Source of the DNA: Ahniellaceae bacterium
GTDB taxonomy: Bacteria; Pseudomonadota; Gammaproteobacteria; Xanthomonadales; Ahniellaceae
DNA length: 64,000 bases
Reading direction: 5' to 3'
Assembly (NCBI GenBank): GCA_044221335.1
Contig: JBGAPI010000013.1
Span: 43,256 to 107,255, forward strand
Part shown: positions 47,152 to 56,500 of the stretch, piece by piece
Numbering within the stretch: the stretch's first letter is position 1
Layout: each line of letters begins with the position of its first letter
The notes under the pieces: generated by a model
The model's database searches: none
What the model saw: only the letters and a program-made list of their open reading frames with translations
Told to the model about the DNA's origin: nothing
Made by a program: the position numbers and the translations under genes

Positions 47152-48130
47152 GGGTGCCGATGCCGAAGCCGCCGAGCACCGAGCCCTCGTCCTTGCTGCC
47201 GCCCGGGCGTGCGGCCTGCAGCATGCGCCCGGCCATTCGCGAGAACGGCAGCGACTGCAGCCAGACGTGGCCGGGACCCGTGAGCTCGGCGAAGAACACG
47301 CCCTCGCCGGCGAACAGCATCGACTTCACGTTGCCGACCGCCTTCACGTCGAAGCCGACGGTCTGCGACAGCGCGACGACGCAGCCGGTGTCAACGTGCA
47401 GGATCTCGCCGGCGGCGAGGTCACGCTGCACGATGGTGCCGCCGGCGTGGACGAACACCTGACCGTCGCCCTCGAGCTTCTGCATGATGAAGCCCTCGCC
47501 GCCGAACAGGCCGGTCAGGATCTTCTTCTGGAAGTAGATGCCGATCGCGACGCCCTTGGCGGCGCACAGGAAGGCATCCTTCTGGCAGATGATGCGGCCG
47601 CCGTACTCGGAGAGCTTCAGCGGGATGATGGTGCCGGGATAGGGCGCGGCGAACGCGGCGCGGGCCTTGCCCGCCCCCTTGTGGGTGAACACCGTGGTGA
47701 ACAGCGATTCGCCGGTCAGCAGGCGCTTGCCGGCGCCGACCAGCTTGTCGAAGAAGCCGCCGCCCTGGCTCTGCGCGGAGCCGTCGCCGAACACCGCGTC
47801 CATGCCGATGGCGGCGTCCTTGTACATCATCGCGCCGGCCTCGGCGACGACCGACTCGCCCGGATCGAGCTCGATCTCGACGAACTGCATGTCGGAGCCG
47901 ATCACCTTGAAGTCGATCACGTCGGCCATGCCCGGCGCGACCGACGGCGGCGGCATCGTGGGCGCCATCGGGCTGCCCATCAGCTCGTTGCAGCTGCCGA
48001 TCGCGATCCACTCGGCGAAGCCGTTGCGCCAGCAGTGGCCGTTCGGATTGGCCTTGGCCTGCGCGCGGGCCTGCGCATCGTCCAGCGGACCCATCTGCTG
48101 ACCACCGTAGGACAAGAACCACTGCGCCAT
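47132..48130 (-). CDS. AIM24/TIGR00266 (DUF124) family protein with N-terminal DUF4339 (GYF-like) domain
   Basis: N-terminus MAQWFLSYGGQQMGPLDDAQARAQAKANPNGHCWRNGFAEWIAIGSCNEL is a DUF4339-type motif. Body (VIDFKVIGSDMQFVEIELDPGESVVAEAGAMMYKD ...) matches the TIGR00266 fold. Confidence 0.7.
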   Translation of the reverse strand: MAQWFLSYGGQQMGPLDDAQARAQAKANPNGHCWRNGFAEWIAIGSCNELMGSPMAPTMPPPSVAPGMADVIDFKVIGSDMQFVEIELDPGESVVAEAGAMMYKDAAIGMDAVFGDGSAQSQGGGFFDKLVGAGKRLLTGESLFTTVFTHKGAGKARAAFAAPYPGTIIPLKLSEYGGRIICQKDAFLCAAKGVAIGIYFQKKILTGLFGGEGFIMQKLEGDGQVFVHAGGTIVQRDLAAGEILHVDTGCVVALSQTVGFDVKAVGNVKSMLFAGEGVFFAELTGPGHVWLQSLPFSRMAGRMLQAARPGGSKDEGSVLGGFGIGTLLSGDE

Positions 48131-48232
48131 GACGCGAACTCCGGTTGGGAAAGCTCGCAAGATGGTGCGAGCGCCTCCGGAACGCAAGTGGTGACCAACA
48201 GGCTATGGCTTCGGAGACAGGAGCGACGTAGG

Positions 48233-48325
48233 CCGCGATGTCCGAGCGGCGGAAGCCGCGACCCGAGACGCCTCGTACCCGGGGCTCACGCCCCTCGGAC
48301 ATCGCGGCCTGCGCCGCTCCTGCCC
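48233..48325. repeat. Degenerate REP2-like inverted repeat
   Basis: gccgcgatgtccgagcggcggaagccgcga ... cggacatcgcggcctgcgccgctcc. Confidence 0.55.
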
Positions 48326-48331
48326 GGGTTG

Positions 48332-48362
48332 CATGTCCGCTTTCCCCCGGCATTCCCGTCCC
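48332..48362 (+). promoter_or_regulatory. Copy C of the conserved TTTCCC-N4-5-ATTCC-N2-TCC upstream motif (shared with 52739 and 53458)
   Basis: catgtccgcTTTCCCCCGGCATTCCCGTCCC, 32 bp upstream of the beta-helix protein ATG. Confidence 0.35.
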
Positions 48363-48393
48363 TTACGGCAATCCCCACCTCGGACCTGCCGCC

Positions 48394-49458
48394 ATGCTCC
48401 GTCGCCTCGCTCTCGCCACCGCCCTTGCCGCCGCTGCCAGTCCGGCGTGCCACGCGGAAGTGCTGTGCATCAGCACGGCCGCGCAGCTGCGCAACGCGCT
48501 GATCGCCGCGGCGAGCAGCGCCTCGGCAACCGAGATCCGCCTGCACCCGGGCTTCTACTCGGTGCCCGCGGCGAGCGGCAGCGCGGTGTCGCTCAGCTAC
48601 TCGGCGAATTCCGATCTCAGCATCAGCGGCGGCTGGCGCGACGTCGGCGGCTCCTGCTCCACGCAGGGCGGCTCCCCCGACGACACCGTGATCAGCGCCG
48701 GCGGTGTCGGCCAGCTGTTCAGCGTGTTCCTGCAGACCGGCGCCGCGACCCGCTTCGAGATCAACAACGTCAGCCTGCGCCAGGGCGATCTGTCCGCCGG
48801 CGGCGGCCCCTCCGCCTGCCTCGCGATCGAGACCGACGGCAGTTCCGACGCCACCATCCTGATCGACCGCAACGAGTTCCGCCTGTGCAACCGCATCGGC
48901 GGCAGCGGCAGCGCGTTGGCGCTGACCGCGCGCAGCGCCACCGTTTACGTCCGCGGCAACGTGTTCGCCGACAACGGCAACACCGCGGGGGCGGTGTTCC
49001 TGAAGTCGCTCGGCGGTTCGATCAGCTATGTCAGCAACAACACCATCGCCAACAATCCGCAGTTCGGCGCCGGCGGCGGCCCGGGCGGCCTGCAGATCAC
49101 CGGGCTCGCCGGCGACTTCTTCTGGGTCACCAACAACGTGCTGTGGAACAACGGCACCGGCAACGGCTACGACCTGCTGGCGAACGCTCCGGCGGAGGCG
49201 CTGCTCAACAACCTGATCGGCCAGCGCGCGCCGCTGCCGGCCGGCGCCGCGGACATCAACAACCTCAGCGTCGACCCGGGGTTCACCAGCATCGTCGACT
49301 TCCGTCCGCGCACCGACTCGCCGCTGCGCAACACCGGCGTCAGCCCCAGCGGCAGCATCGTGGAGGTGGACTTCGACAACCTGCCGCGGGTGGCGGGCAG
49401 CAAGATCGATCGTGGCGCCTACGAGTACGACGAGGCCTTCGCCAACGGCTTCGAGTAG
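48394..49458 (+). CDS. Secreted right-handed beta-helix protein (choice-of-anchor Q / pectin-lyase-fold-like)
   Basis: Signal peptide MLRRLALATALAAAASPACHA. Repetitive Gly/Asn-rich beta-helix repeats (NNTIANN, VTNNVLWNNGTGNG). Ends IDRGAYEYDE, typical of choice-of-anchor Q domains. Confidence 0.65.
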   Translation: MLRRLALATALAAAASPACHAEVLCISTAAQLRNALIAAASSASATEIRLHPGFYSVPAASGSAVSLSYSANSDLSISGGWRDVGGSCSTQGGSPDDTVISAGGVGQLFSVFLQTGAATRFEINNVSLRQGDLSAGGGPSACLAIETDGSSDATILIDRNEFRLCNRIGGSGSALALTARSATVYVRGNVFADNGNTAGAVFLKSLGGSISYVSNNTIANNPQFGAGGGPGGLQITGLAGDFFWVTNNVLWNNGTGNGYDLLANAPAEALLNNLIGQRAPLPAGAADINNLSVDPGFTSIVDFRPRTDSPLRNTGVSPSGSIVEVDFDNLPRVAGSKIDRGAYEYDEAFANGFE

Positions 49459-49617
49459 GGGCGGCCGCGGCGCGGATCTTCCGGCGAAGCCGGCGCCCGG
49501 ATCGCCGCCGAGGCCGGCGGCGCGCATCCACCCTCCGGCACGGGAGAGCGCGGGCGGAGGCCCTGCTAAAATCGGGCGATCCGAGGCGGCATCGTCGCCG
49601 CCGTACCGCGCATCGCC

Positions 49618-50217
49618 GTGATCGAACGCCTGCCTCGCAGCGACCACTTCACCGTCCTCCTCGACCGTTGGCGCTCCGGCGACCGCGACGCCGAGCGCGC
49701 GCTGGTGCAGGAGTGCTACCCGCTGATGAAGGAGATCGCGGCGGGGCAGCTGCGCCGGACCCGCGGGCTGGCGCTGCAGACCACCGAGCTTGCGAACGAG
49801 GCCTACCTCCGGCTGACTGGCATCCAGGACGTCGACTGGCGCGACCGCCGCCACTTCATGGCGATCGTCGCGACCGTGATCCGCCGGCTGCTGGTCGACC
49901 TGGTGCGTGAAGGGGGCGCGCAGAAGCGCGGTGGCGCGTCCTACGTCGTGTCGCTGGACGACGCCGAGGGCGGTGCCCAGGCGCCAGCGAGTGCGGAGGG
50001 CTTCGTCGACTGGAGCATGATCGAACGGGCACTGACGGCACTCGAACGCGAGGACGCCGAGTCGGCCCAGGTGGCCGAACTGAAGGTCCTGGTCGGACTG
50101 TCGGTGCAGGACATCGCCGACGAGATGGGCAGCTCGGTCGCCACCGTCGGGCGCCAGTGGCGCTTCGCCAAGTCCTTCCTCGCGGACCATCTGCGCGACA
50201 GCGCCCCCGACGCCTGA
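49618..50217 (+). CDS. ECF-type sigma factor (planctomycete-type / TIGR02999-like, usually paired with a Ser/Thr kinase)
   Basis: GTG start. LLDRWRSGDRDAERALVQECYPLMKEIAAGQLRR matches the N-terminal signature of this ECF group. Sigma region 2 and region 4 (VQDIADEMGSSVATVGRQWRFAKSFL) are present. Confidence 0.8.
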   Translation: MIERLPRSDHFTVLLDRWRSGDRDAERALVQECYPLMKEIAAGQLRRTRGLALQTTELANEAYLRLTGIQDVDWRDRRHFMAIVATVIRRLLVDLVREGGAQKRGGASYVVSLDDAEGGAQAPASAEGFVDWSMIERALTALEREDAESAQVAELKVLVGLSVQDIADEMGSSVATVGRQWRFAKSFLADHLRDSAPDA

Positions 50218-50220
50218 GCG

Positions 50221-52734
50221 ATGGCGAGCGTCCGGTCGATCTTCGAGGCCGCGCTGGCGCGGCCGGCCGCCGAGCGCGAGGCGCTGGTGCGGGAGCTGGC
50301 GGACGGGGACCTGGCCCTGGCCGCGCGGGTCCAGCGACTGCTTGCGCTGGACGCCGCCGGCGTCCACACCGGGGACGTCAGTCCGGCCGCGGATCGCGCC
50401 GCCGCGCTGCTCGAGGAGCACGCACTGGTCGGCGTCGCGCTGGATCGCTACCGCATCGTCGCGCCGCTCGGCGCCGGCGGCATGGGCCGGGTCTTCGTGG
50501 GCGAGCGCATCGACGGCCAGTTCGAGCAGCGCGTCGCGGTGAAGTTCATCGAGGTCGCCGGCCTCGCCCCGGCCGCGCGCGCGCGCCTGGTCGAGGAGCG
50601 TCGCCATCTCGGCGTGCTGCGGCATCCCTACATCTGCCGGATCCTCGACGCCGGCCTCGGCCCGCAGGACCGCCCTTACGTCGTGATGGAACTGGTCGAG
50701 GGCCAGCCGCTCGTCGACTATTGCGATCAGCAGCGGCTCGGCATCGACGCCCGCCTGGCGGTGTTCCGCCGGGTCCTCGCGGCCGTGCGGCACGCGCACG
50801 CGGCGCTGATCGTGCACTGCGATCTCAAGTCCTCGAACATCCTGGTCGATCGGGCCGGCCTGCCGAAGCTGCTCGACTTCGGCATCGCGCGGCCCCTGCG
50901 CCAGCCGGACCCGAGTGCGGACGAACCGCGGTTCCTGTCGCCCGCGAGCGCCGCGCCGGAGCAGTTCCGCGGCGAGGCGGTGTCGGTGGCGACCGACATC
51001 TACGCACTCGGTCTGCTGCTGTACCGGCTCCTGGCGGGACGCGAGCCGTTCGAGCTCCTCGGTCTCGACGTCGCGGCGATCGAGGCGCTGACCCTCGAGG
51101 CCGCCCCCCCGCCGATGGCGCAGCGCGCGGACGACGATCCGTCCGCGGCGGCACGGCTCGGACTGCGGCCCGGCGCCTGGAAGCGACGCCTCGCCGGCGA
51201 CCTCGAGGCGATCGTGCAGCAGTGCCTCGAGAAGGACCCGGCCCGGCGCTACGCCAGCGTCGACCAGCTCGATGCCGATCTGGCCGCGGTGCTGGCGCAC
51301 CAGCCGATCGCGGCGCGCGCGGACCAGCGCGGCTACCGCCTGCGCTGCTTCCTGCGGCGCCATCGCAGCAGCGTCGCCTTCGCCGCCACCCTGGTGCTCG
51401 GCCTGACGACGACGGTCGTCGTGCTCTGGCGGCAGCAGCTCGAAGTCAGCGCGCAGCGCAACCAGGCGCTGCTCGAGCGCGATCGGGCGGAGGCTGCGCT
51501 CGGCATCCTCGAGGACGCCTTCCTCGCGGCCGATCCCTCGGAGTCGCTCGGCGTCGACACCCGCATCGGCGACGTGCTCGGGGCGGCCGAGCCCGCGATC
51601 GACGCTGTCGCCGAGCGCCAGCCGGACATCGCGGCGTCGCTGTACCGGACGCTGGCCGAGATCCATTCGGGCCTGCGCTCGGACGGCCGCGCCGCGGCAT
51701 TGGCGCACGCCGCGCGCACCCACGCCGAACTCGCCCATACCGGTCCGGTGCTGGTGCCGTACTGGATCCTGGAGGCGCGGACGCTGATCGACAATGGCCG
51801 CTTCGACGCTGCCGAGGGCCTGCTGACGCGCGCGGCCGCGGAAACGCCGGCGCTGCCGCCGGAGTGGTACATCGCCCGGGCGCGGCTGGTCAGCTTCCGC
51901 AACTCCTCCGCGGACGCGATCGCCGACGCCGAACGCGCCGTCGCGATGACCGAGGCCCGCGGCCCGACCGACCGGATCGCGACCGCCGCGCAGTGGCAGC
52001 TGGCGGAGGCGCAGCGCTCCGCCAAGGACCCGCGCGCGGCCCTCGCGACCCTCGATCGGATGCTGGAATGGCAGCGCCAGGCCGACGGCGAGCATCCACG
52101 CGCCCTGATCACCCGGCTGCGACGACTGGTCGCGCTGGAACAGGCCGGCGAGCTCGCGAAGGCCTCCGTCGACGCGGTCACCCTGATCGCCGCCGTCGAC
52201 GCCCGCTTCGGCGCGCACAGCGTGTTCGCCGCGACCGCACGCACCGCGCACGGCCGCGTGCTGCGCAAGCTCGGTGCGCTCGGACCGGCCCTGGCGCGGC
52301 TCGACGAAGCGCTGGCGATCCAGCGCGACCTGCTCGGTCCTCGCCATCCGACCACGGTCATGTCGGAATACAACCTGGCGGTGGCGCAATGGGCGGACAG
52401 CGGTCGCGCCGCCTCCACCGAGGAGCACCTGCGCAACGCGTTCACCAACGGCCTGCGGACCTTCGGCGCCAGCAGCAATATCGCGATGCTGTACCGGACC
52501 GCCCTGGCCCAGTTCCTCAACGACGCCGGGCGCGGCGATGCCGCCCTGGCCGTGCTGCTGGAGCCCGACCCGCGATCGGGATACGGCCAGTCGACCCCGG
52601 GCAATCAGGCGCGTTTCCGCGAGCAGCTCGCGATCGCCCACCGCGGCGCCGACTGCGCGAAACGACCGCGCCCGTCCTGCGGGGAAGCTGCCGCGCTGCT
52701 CGAGCAGACGTCGCCCCCGGGCGCCCCTCCGTGA
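50221..52734 (+). CDS. Membrane-anchored Hanks-type Ser/Thr protein kinase with extracytoplasmic TPR-like domain
   Basis: Kinase subdomains: GAGGMGRVF, VAVKFI, HCDLKSSNILV, DFGIAR, APEQ. One TM segment (VAFAATLVLGLTTTVVVLW). About 430-aa alpha-helical TPR-like C-terminus. Start 4 nt after the ECF sigma stop. Confidence 0.85.
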   Translation: MASVRSIFEAALARPAAEREALVRELADGDLALAARVQRLLALDAAGVHTGDVSPAADRAAALLEEHALVGVALDRYRIVAPLGAGGMGRVFVGERIDGQFEQRVAVKFIEVAGLAPAARARLVEERRHLGVLRHPYICRILDAGLGPQDRPYVVMELVEGQPLVDYCDQQRLGIDARLAVFRRVLAAVRHAHAALIVHCDLKSSNILVDRAGLPKLLDFGIARPLRQPDPSADEPRFLSPASAAPEQFRGEAVSVATDIYALGLLLYRLLAGREPFELLGLDVAAIEALTLEAAPPPMAQRADDDPSAAARLGLRPGAWKRRLAGDLEAIVQQCLEKDPARRYASVDQLDADLAAVLAHQPIAARADQRGYRLRCFLRRHRSSVAFAATLVLGLTTTVVVLWRQQLEVSAQRNQALLERDRAEAALGILEDAFLAADPSESLGVDTRIGDVLGAAEPAIDAVAERQPDIAASLYRTLAEIHSGLRSDGRAAALAHAARTHAELAHTGPVLVPYWILEARTLIDNGRFDAAEGLLTRAAAETPALPPEWYIARARLVSFRNSSADAIADAERAVAMTEARGPTDRIATAAQWQLAEAQRSAKDPRAALATLDRMLEWQRQADGEHPRALITRLRRLVALEQAGELAKASVDAVTLIAAVDARFGAHSVFAATARTAHGRVLRKLGALGPALARLDEALAIQRDLLGPRHPTTVMSEYNLAVAQWADSGRAASTEEHLRNAFTNGLRTFGASSNIAMLYRTALAQFLNDAGRGDAALAVLLEPDPRSGYGQSTPGNQARFREQLAIAHRGADCAKRPRPSCGEAAALLEQTSPPGAPP

Positions 52735-52738
52735 GAAA

Positions 52739-52784
52739 CTGATCGACTTTTCCCGCCGATTCCGATTCCTGCAGCGCGACGTCC
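52739..52784 (+). promoter_or_regulatory. Copy A of the conserved upstream motif ctgatcgaCTTTTCCCGCCGATTCCGATTCC ... CGTC
   Basis: 26/31 identity with copy B at 53458-53489, including an identical ctgatcga prefix. 50 bp upstream of the Cys-rich secreted protein ATG. Confidence 0.5.
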
Positions 52785-52833
52785 CGCCTCGGCGATCGTC
52801 GACGCCCCCCATTCATTGCCACGGAACCTGCCC

Positions 52834-53349
52834 ATGAACCGCATCCACCCTTCGCGCTGCGCCGCTGTCGCCGTCGCCGCCCTTGCCGCCGGCTCCGCCC
52901 TCGCGTCCGGCCCGCCGCCGACCTGCCCCGACCTGCAGCAGGTTCCGCCCGAGCAGTGTCCCGAGACACAGAAGTTCTCCGCGATGACGCCACTCGATTT
53001 CGTCACCGCCGCCCAGCCGGACGACTGCACCATCGAGCGGCCGGGCAAGATCGGGCCGTGGCTGCGCCATTGCGAGCCGCGGATCAACCCGCCGCCGCAG
53101 CAGCAGCTCGACTGCTCCGAGGGACTCGGCACCGCGACCTGCGAGGCCTATCCGCAGGGCGCGGAGATCCGCTACACCTGGAGCTTCAGCGGCGGCGTTT
53201 CCGGCACGCCGATCGCGAACACCACGCAGTCGATGTTCACGGTCAACTGCCTGCCGCCGAACTACGTCGGCCGGATCTACGTGACGCTGATCGGTCCGAA
53301 CAACTTGTCGAGCTCGACCTCCATGCTCGTGAGCTGCCCCCCGCAGTGA
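52834..53349 (+). CDS. Small Cys-rich secreted protein (hypothetical)
   Basis: Signal peptide MNRIHPSRCAAVAVAALAAGSALASG. 8 Cys in the mature part. 171 aa. Confidence 0.55.
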   Translation: MNRIHPSRCAAVAVAALAAGSALASGPPPTCPDLQQVPPEQCPETQKFSAMTPLDFVTAAQPDDCTIERPGKIGPWLRHCEPRINPPPQQQLDCSEGLGTATCEAYPQGAEIRYTWSFSGGVSGTPIANTTQSMFTVNCLPPNYVGRIYVTLIGPNNLSSSTSMLVSCPPQ

Positions 53350-53457
53350 GGCACGAACCGCGGTGACTCGCCGACGTCACTCGCGACGCCCGGATGGCGG
53401 TTTCCCCGCCTCCGGGCGTCGTCGTTTGTGGGCCTGCCCACCGCGCGACATCGGCCG

Positions 53458-53502
53458 CTGATCGATCTTTCCCGCGCCTTCCGATTCCCTGCCCAAGCCG
53501 TC
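53458..53502 (+). promoter_or_regulatory. Copy B of the conserved upstream motif ctgatcgaTCTTTCCCGCGCCTTCCGATTCCC ... CGTC
   Basis: 67 bp upstream of the RHS gene ATG. Confidence 0.5.
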
Positions 53503-53568
53503 GATACGGAGGGCCGCGCTGCAACCGCACGCGGCTCGACGACGGTGCCACGCAACCATGGAATCGAC

Positions 53569-56500
53569 ATGAAGACGCAACTCACCGCCCTCGCGGCGGC
53601 GATCACGCTCGTCTGGTCGGCCGCTTCCCACGCCCAGGTCGAATGGGGCCAGGAGTACGGCAACCGGATCAAGTCCCGGCAGACGATCAGCGCGCTGGGC
53701 CCCGACCTGTTCGGCGAGCAGGTGAACCTGTTCGACGGCACGACCTCGTTCTCCGCCACCGACATCGACCTGCCGGGCAACAACGCGCTGCCGGTCGCGG
53801 TGAAGCGCAAGCTCGCCGTCGGCTCGACCAGCAATGCCGGGCAGCAGGCACTGTTCGGCGACTGGGACCTCGACCTGCCGTATCTGTCCAACATCTCGAC
53901 GACCAGCAGCGGCTGGAACGCGCCGGCCGATCCGAACTTCTACTGGCGGGTCGTCGGCGGCTCCGCCGCGCGCTGCAGCGCGCCGCAGCAGGCCGGCGAC
54001 GTGGTGACCCCGGACATCGCCAACAGCCTCAACGGCGCCGCCGGCGGCGGCGGCGAGATGCTGCTGCTGACCGCATCCACCTCGAGCAAGCTGGTCCGTC
54101 CGACGCTGCCCGGCACGCGCTGGGTCACCAAGGGCCTGTGGTACCTCGGCTGTGTGCCGACGCTGGCCAGCGGCCACGCCGGCGAGGGCTTCTGGGCGGT
54201 CGACCCGCAGGGCAACAAGTACACCTTCGACTGGATGGTGCCGTTCACCTATCCGGGCTTTTCCACGCCGGCGATCAAGGCCGGCTCCGAGATCGTGCAG
54301 AACCGCTCCGAGCTGCGCCTCTATCCGACCAAGGTGGAGGACCGCTTCGGCAACTGGGTCAAGTACCGCTGGCAGGGCCGCAAACTGCTCGACATCACCG
54401 CCAGCGACGGCCGCCGCATCGACCTCACCTACGGTGCCGACGATCAGATCGTCAGCGCGACCGCCCACGGCAAGACCTGGAACTACGCCTACGTCGACTA
54501 CCCGCAGGCCAATGTCGGCGGCCATCTGACCGGGGTCACGCTGCCGGACGGCTCGGCGTGGAGCTACGGCCAGAATCCCGGACCGTACGTCGCCTACGAG
54601 CAGCACTATGAGACCCGCTACTCCTCGACGCCCGGCGGCTCGCCGATGCAGATCCAGGTCGAAGTCCTGGAGAAGGTCGCGTTCTGCTCCTACGACCACT
54701 ACCTGTCGCCGGCGGTGGTGCCGTTCGAGATGCGTCATCCCTCGGGCGCCCGCGGGGTCTTCAACTTCAAGACGATGCGCCATGGCCGCACCAACACCCC
54801 GGGCGAGTGCGCGTTCAGCTGGGACACCCACGACACGTCGAACCGCGAGGCCCAGAACAACCACAACCTCTATCCGGCCTTCAAGGACGTCTGGTCGCTG
54901 ACCGGCAAGACGCTGTCGGGCCCGGGCATGCCCGATGGCACCTGGACCTACGCCTACGACAACCTGCAGGCCTGCATCGACAGGACCTGCGCGAACAGCG
55001 GCACGCCGGTCACCAAGACCGTCACCGTCACCGAGCCGGACGGTTCGAGCACGGTCAGCACCTTCGGCAAGAACTACGGCATCGACGAGGGTCAGCTGCT
55101 CGCGGTCGAGACCCGCCAGGGCGCGACCGTGCTGTCGCGCACGAGCTACAGCTACGTCTCCAACACCGAGGCGCCGAACCAGCCGTTTCCGGATCTTGTC
55201 GGCGTGACAGCCACCGAATACGGCGATCCGTGGGCGAGTACCGCGCTGCGACCGCAGAAGGCGACGTCCACGGTCCGTGGCGGCGTCACCTTCAGCTCGG
55301 TCATCGACAGCTTCGACGCCTTCGCGCACCCGACCCGCACGACGCGTGGCAACAGCCAGGGCAACGCCCGCACCGACGTCATCGACTACTTCCACGACCT
55401 CGGGCGCTGGGTGATCGGGCAGGTGGCGAGGACCACCAACGTCGACACCGGCATGGTGGAGTCCGAGACCGGCTATACCGCGCTGGCACAGCCGCAATGG
55501 ACGAAGAAGTTCGGCAAGCTGCAGCAGACGCTGGCCTACAACCCCGACGGCACCCTCGCGAGCGTGACCGACGGGCGCGGCAACGTCACCTCGCTGTCGA
55601 ACTGGAAGCGCGGCATTCCGGGAACGATCGGCTACCCGGCGACCGCGGAAGCACCCACCGGGAGCAGCAAGTCCGCCACGGTCAATGATCTCGGCTGGAT
55701 CACCGCCCTGACCGACGAGACGGGCAGCAAGACCTGCTACGGCTACGACAATGTCGGCCGGATCAACCTGGTGACCTATCCGTCGGCGAGCACGCCCGGC
55801 ATCTGCGATGCCAGTCGCTGGAATCCCACGGTCATGGACCTGCAGTTCGTCGCCAGCGCCGAGCACGGCATCGCCGGTGGCCACTGGCGCGCCAGCAACC
55901 ACACCGGATCGGGCTACTCGACGCTGTACTACGACGCCCTGCTGCGCCCGGTGCTGGAAGAGAAGTACGACGCCGGCGACGTGGCCGGTTCGCTGTCGCA
56001 GGTGGTGAAGCGCTACGACAGCAAGGGCCAGCTGCTGTTCACCTCGTATCCGACCCGCGATGTCGGCGACATCGCCACGGTGACCCAGGGCACGCGGACT
56101 GTGTACGACGCCCTCGGCCGTCCGACCCGCAGCGAGCAGGACAGCGAGCTCGGCGTGCTGGCCACCGTCACCGAGTACACCACCGGCCTCGAGACGCGGA
56201 TCACCAATCCGCGCGGCGCGGCGACCACGACGCGATTCCTCGCGTGGGACACGCCGAACTTCGACCTGCCGGTGCAGAGCCTGCAGCCGGAAGGCAAGGT
56301 CGTCGAAGTCGCCCGCCATCCGCGGTTCGGCTGGCCGCTGGCGATGACCCAGCGCGCCGCCGACAACAGCGTCTCGCAGCAGCGCCGCTACGTCTACGAC
56401 GGCAACGCTCAGCTGTGCAAGACGATCGAGCCGGAGACCGGCGTCACGGTGACCGGCTACGACGCGGCCAACAATCCGGCCTGGATGGCCGCGGGACTGT

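Noticed and set aside
48286-52812. 1508-aa minus-strand ORF across the beta-helix, ECF sigma and kinase genes
   Set aside because: Antisense artefact of high GC. The plus-strand genes have clear kinase, sigma and signal-peptide motifs.
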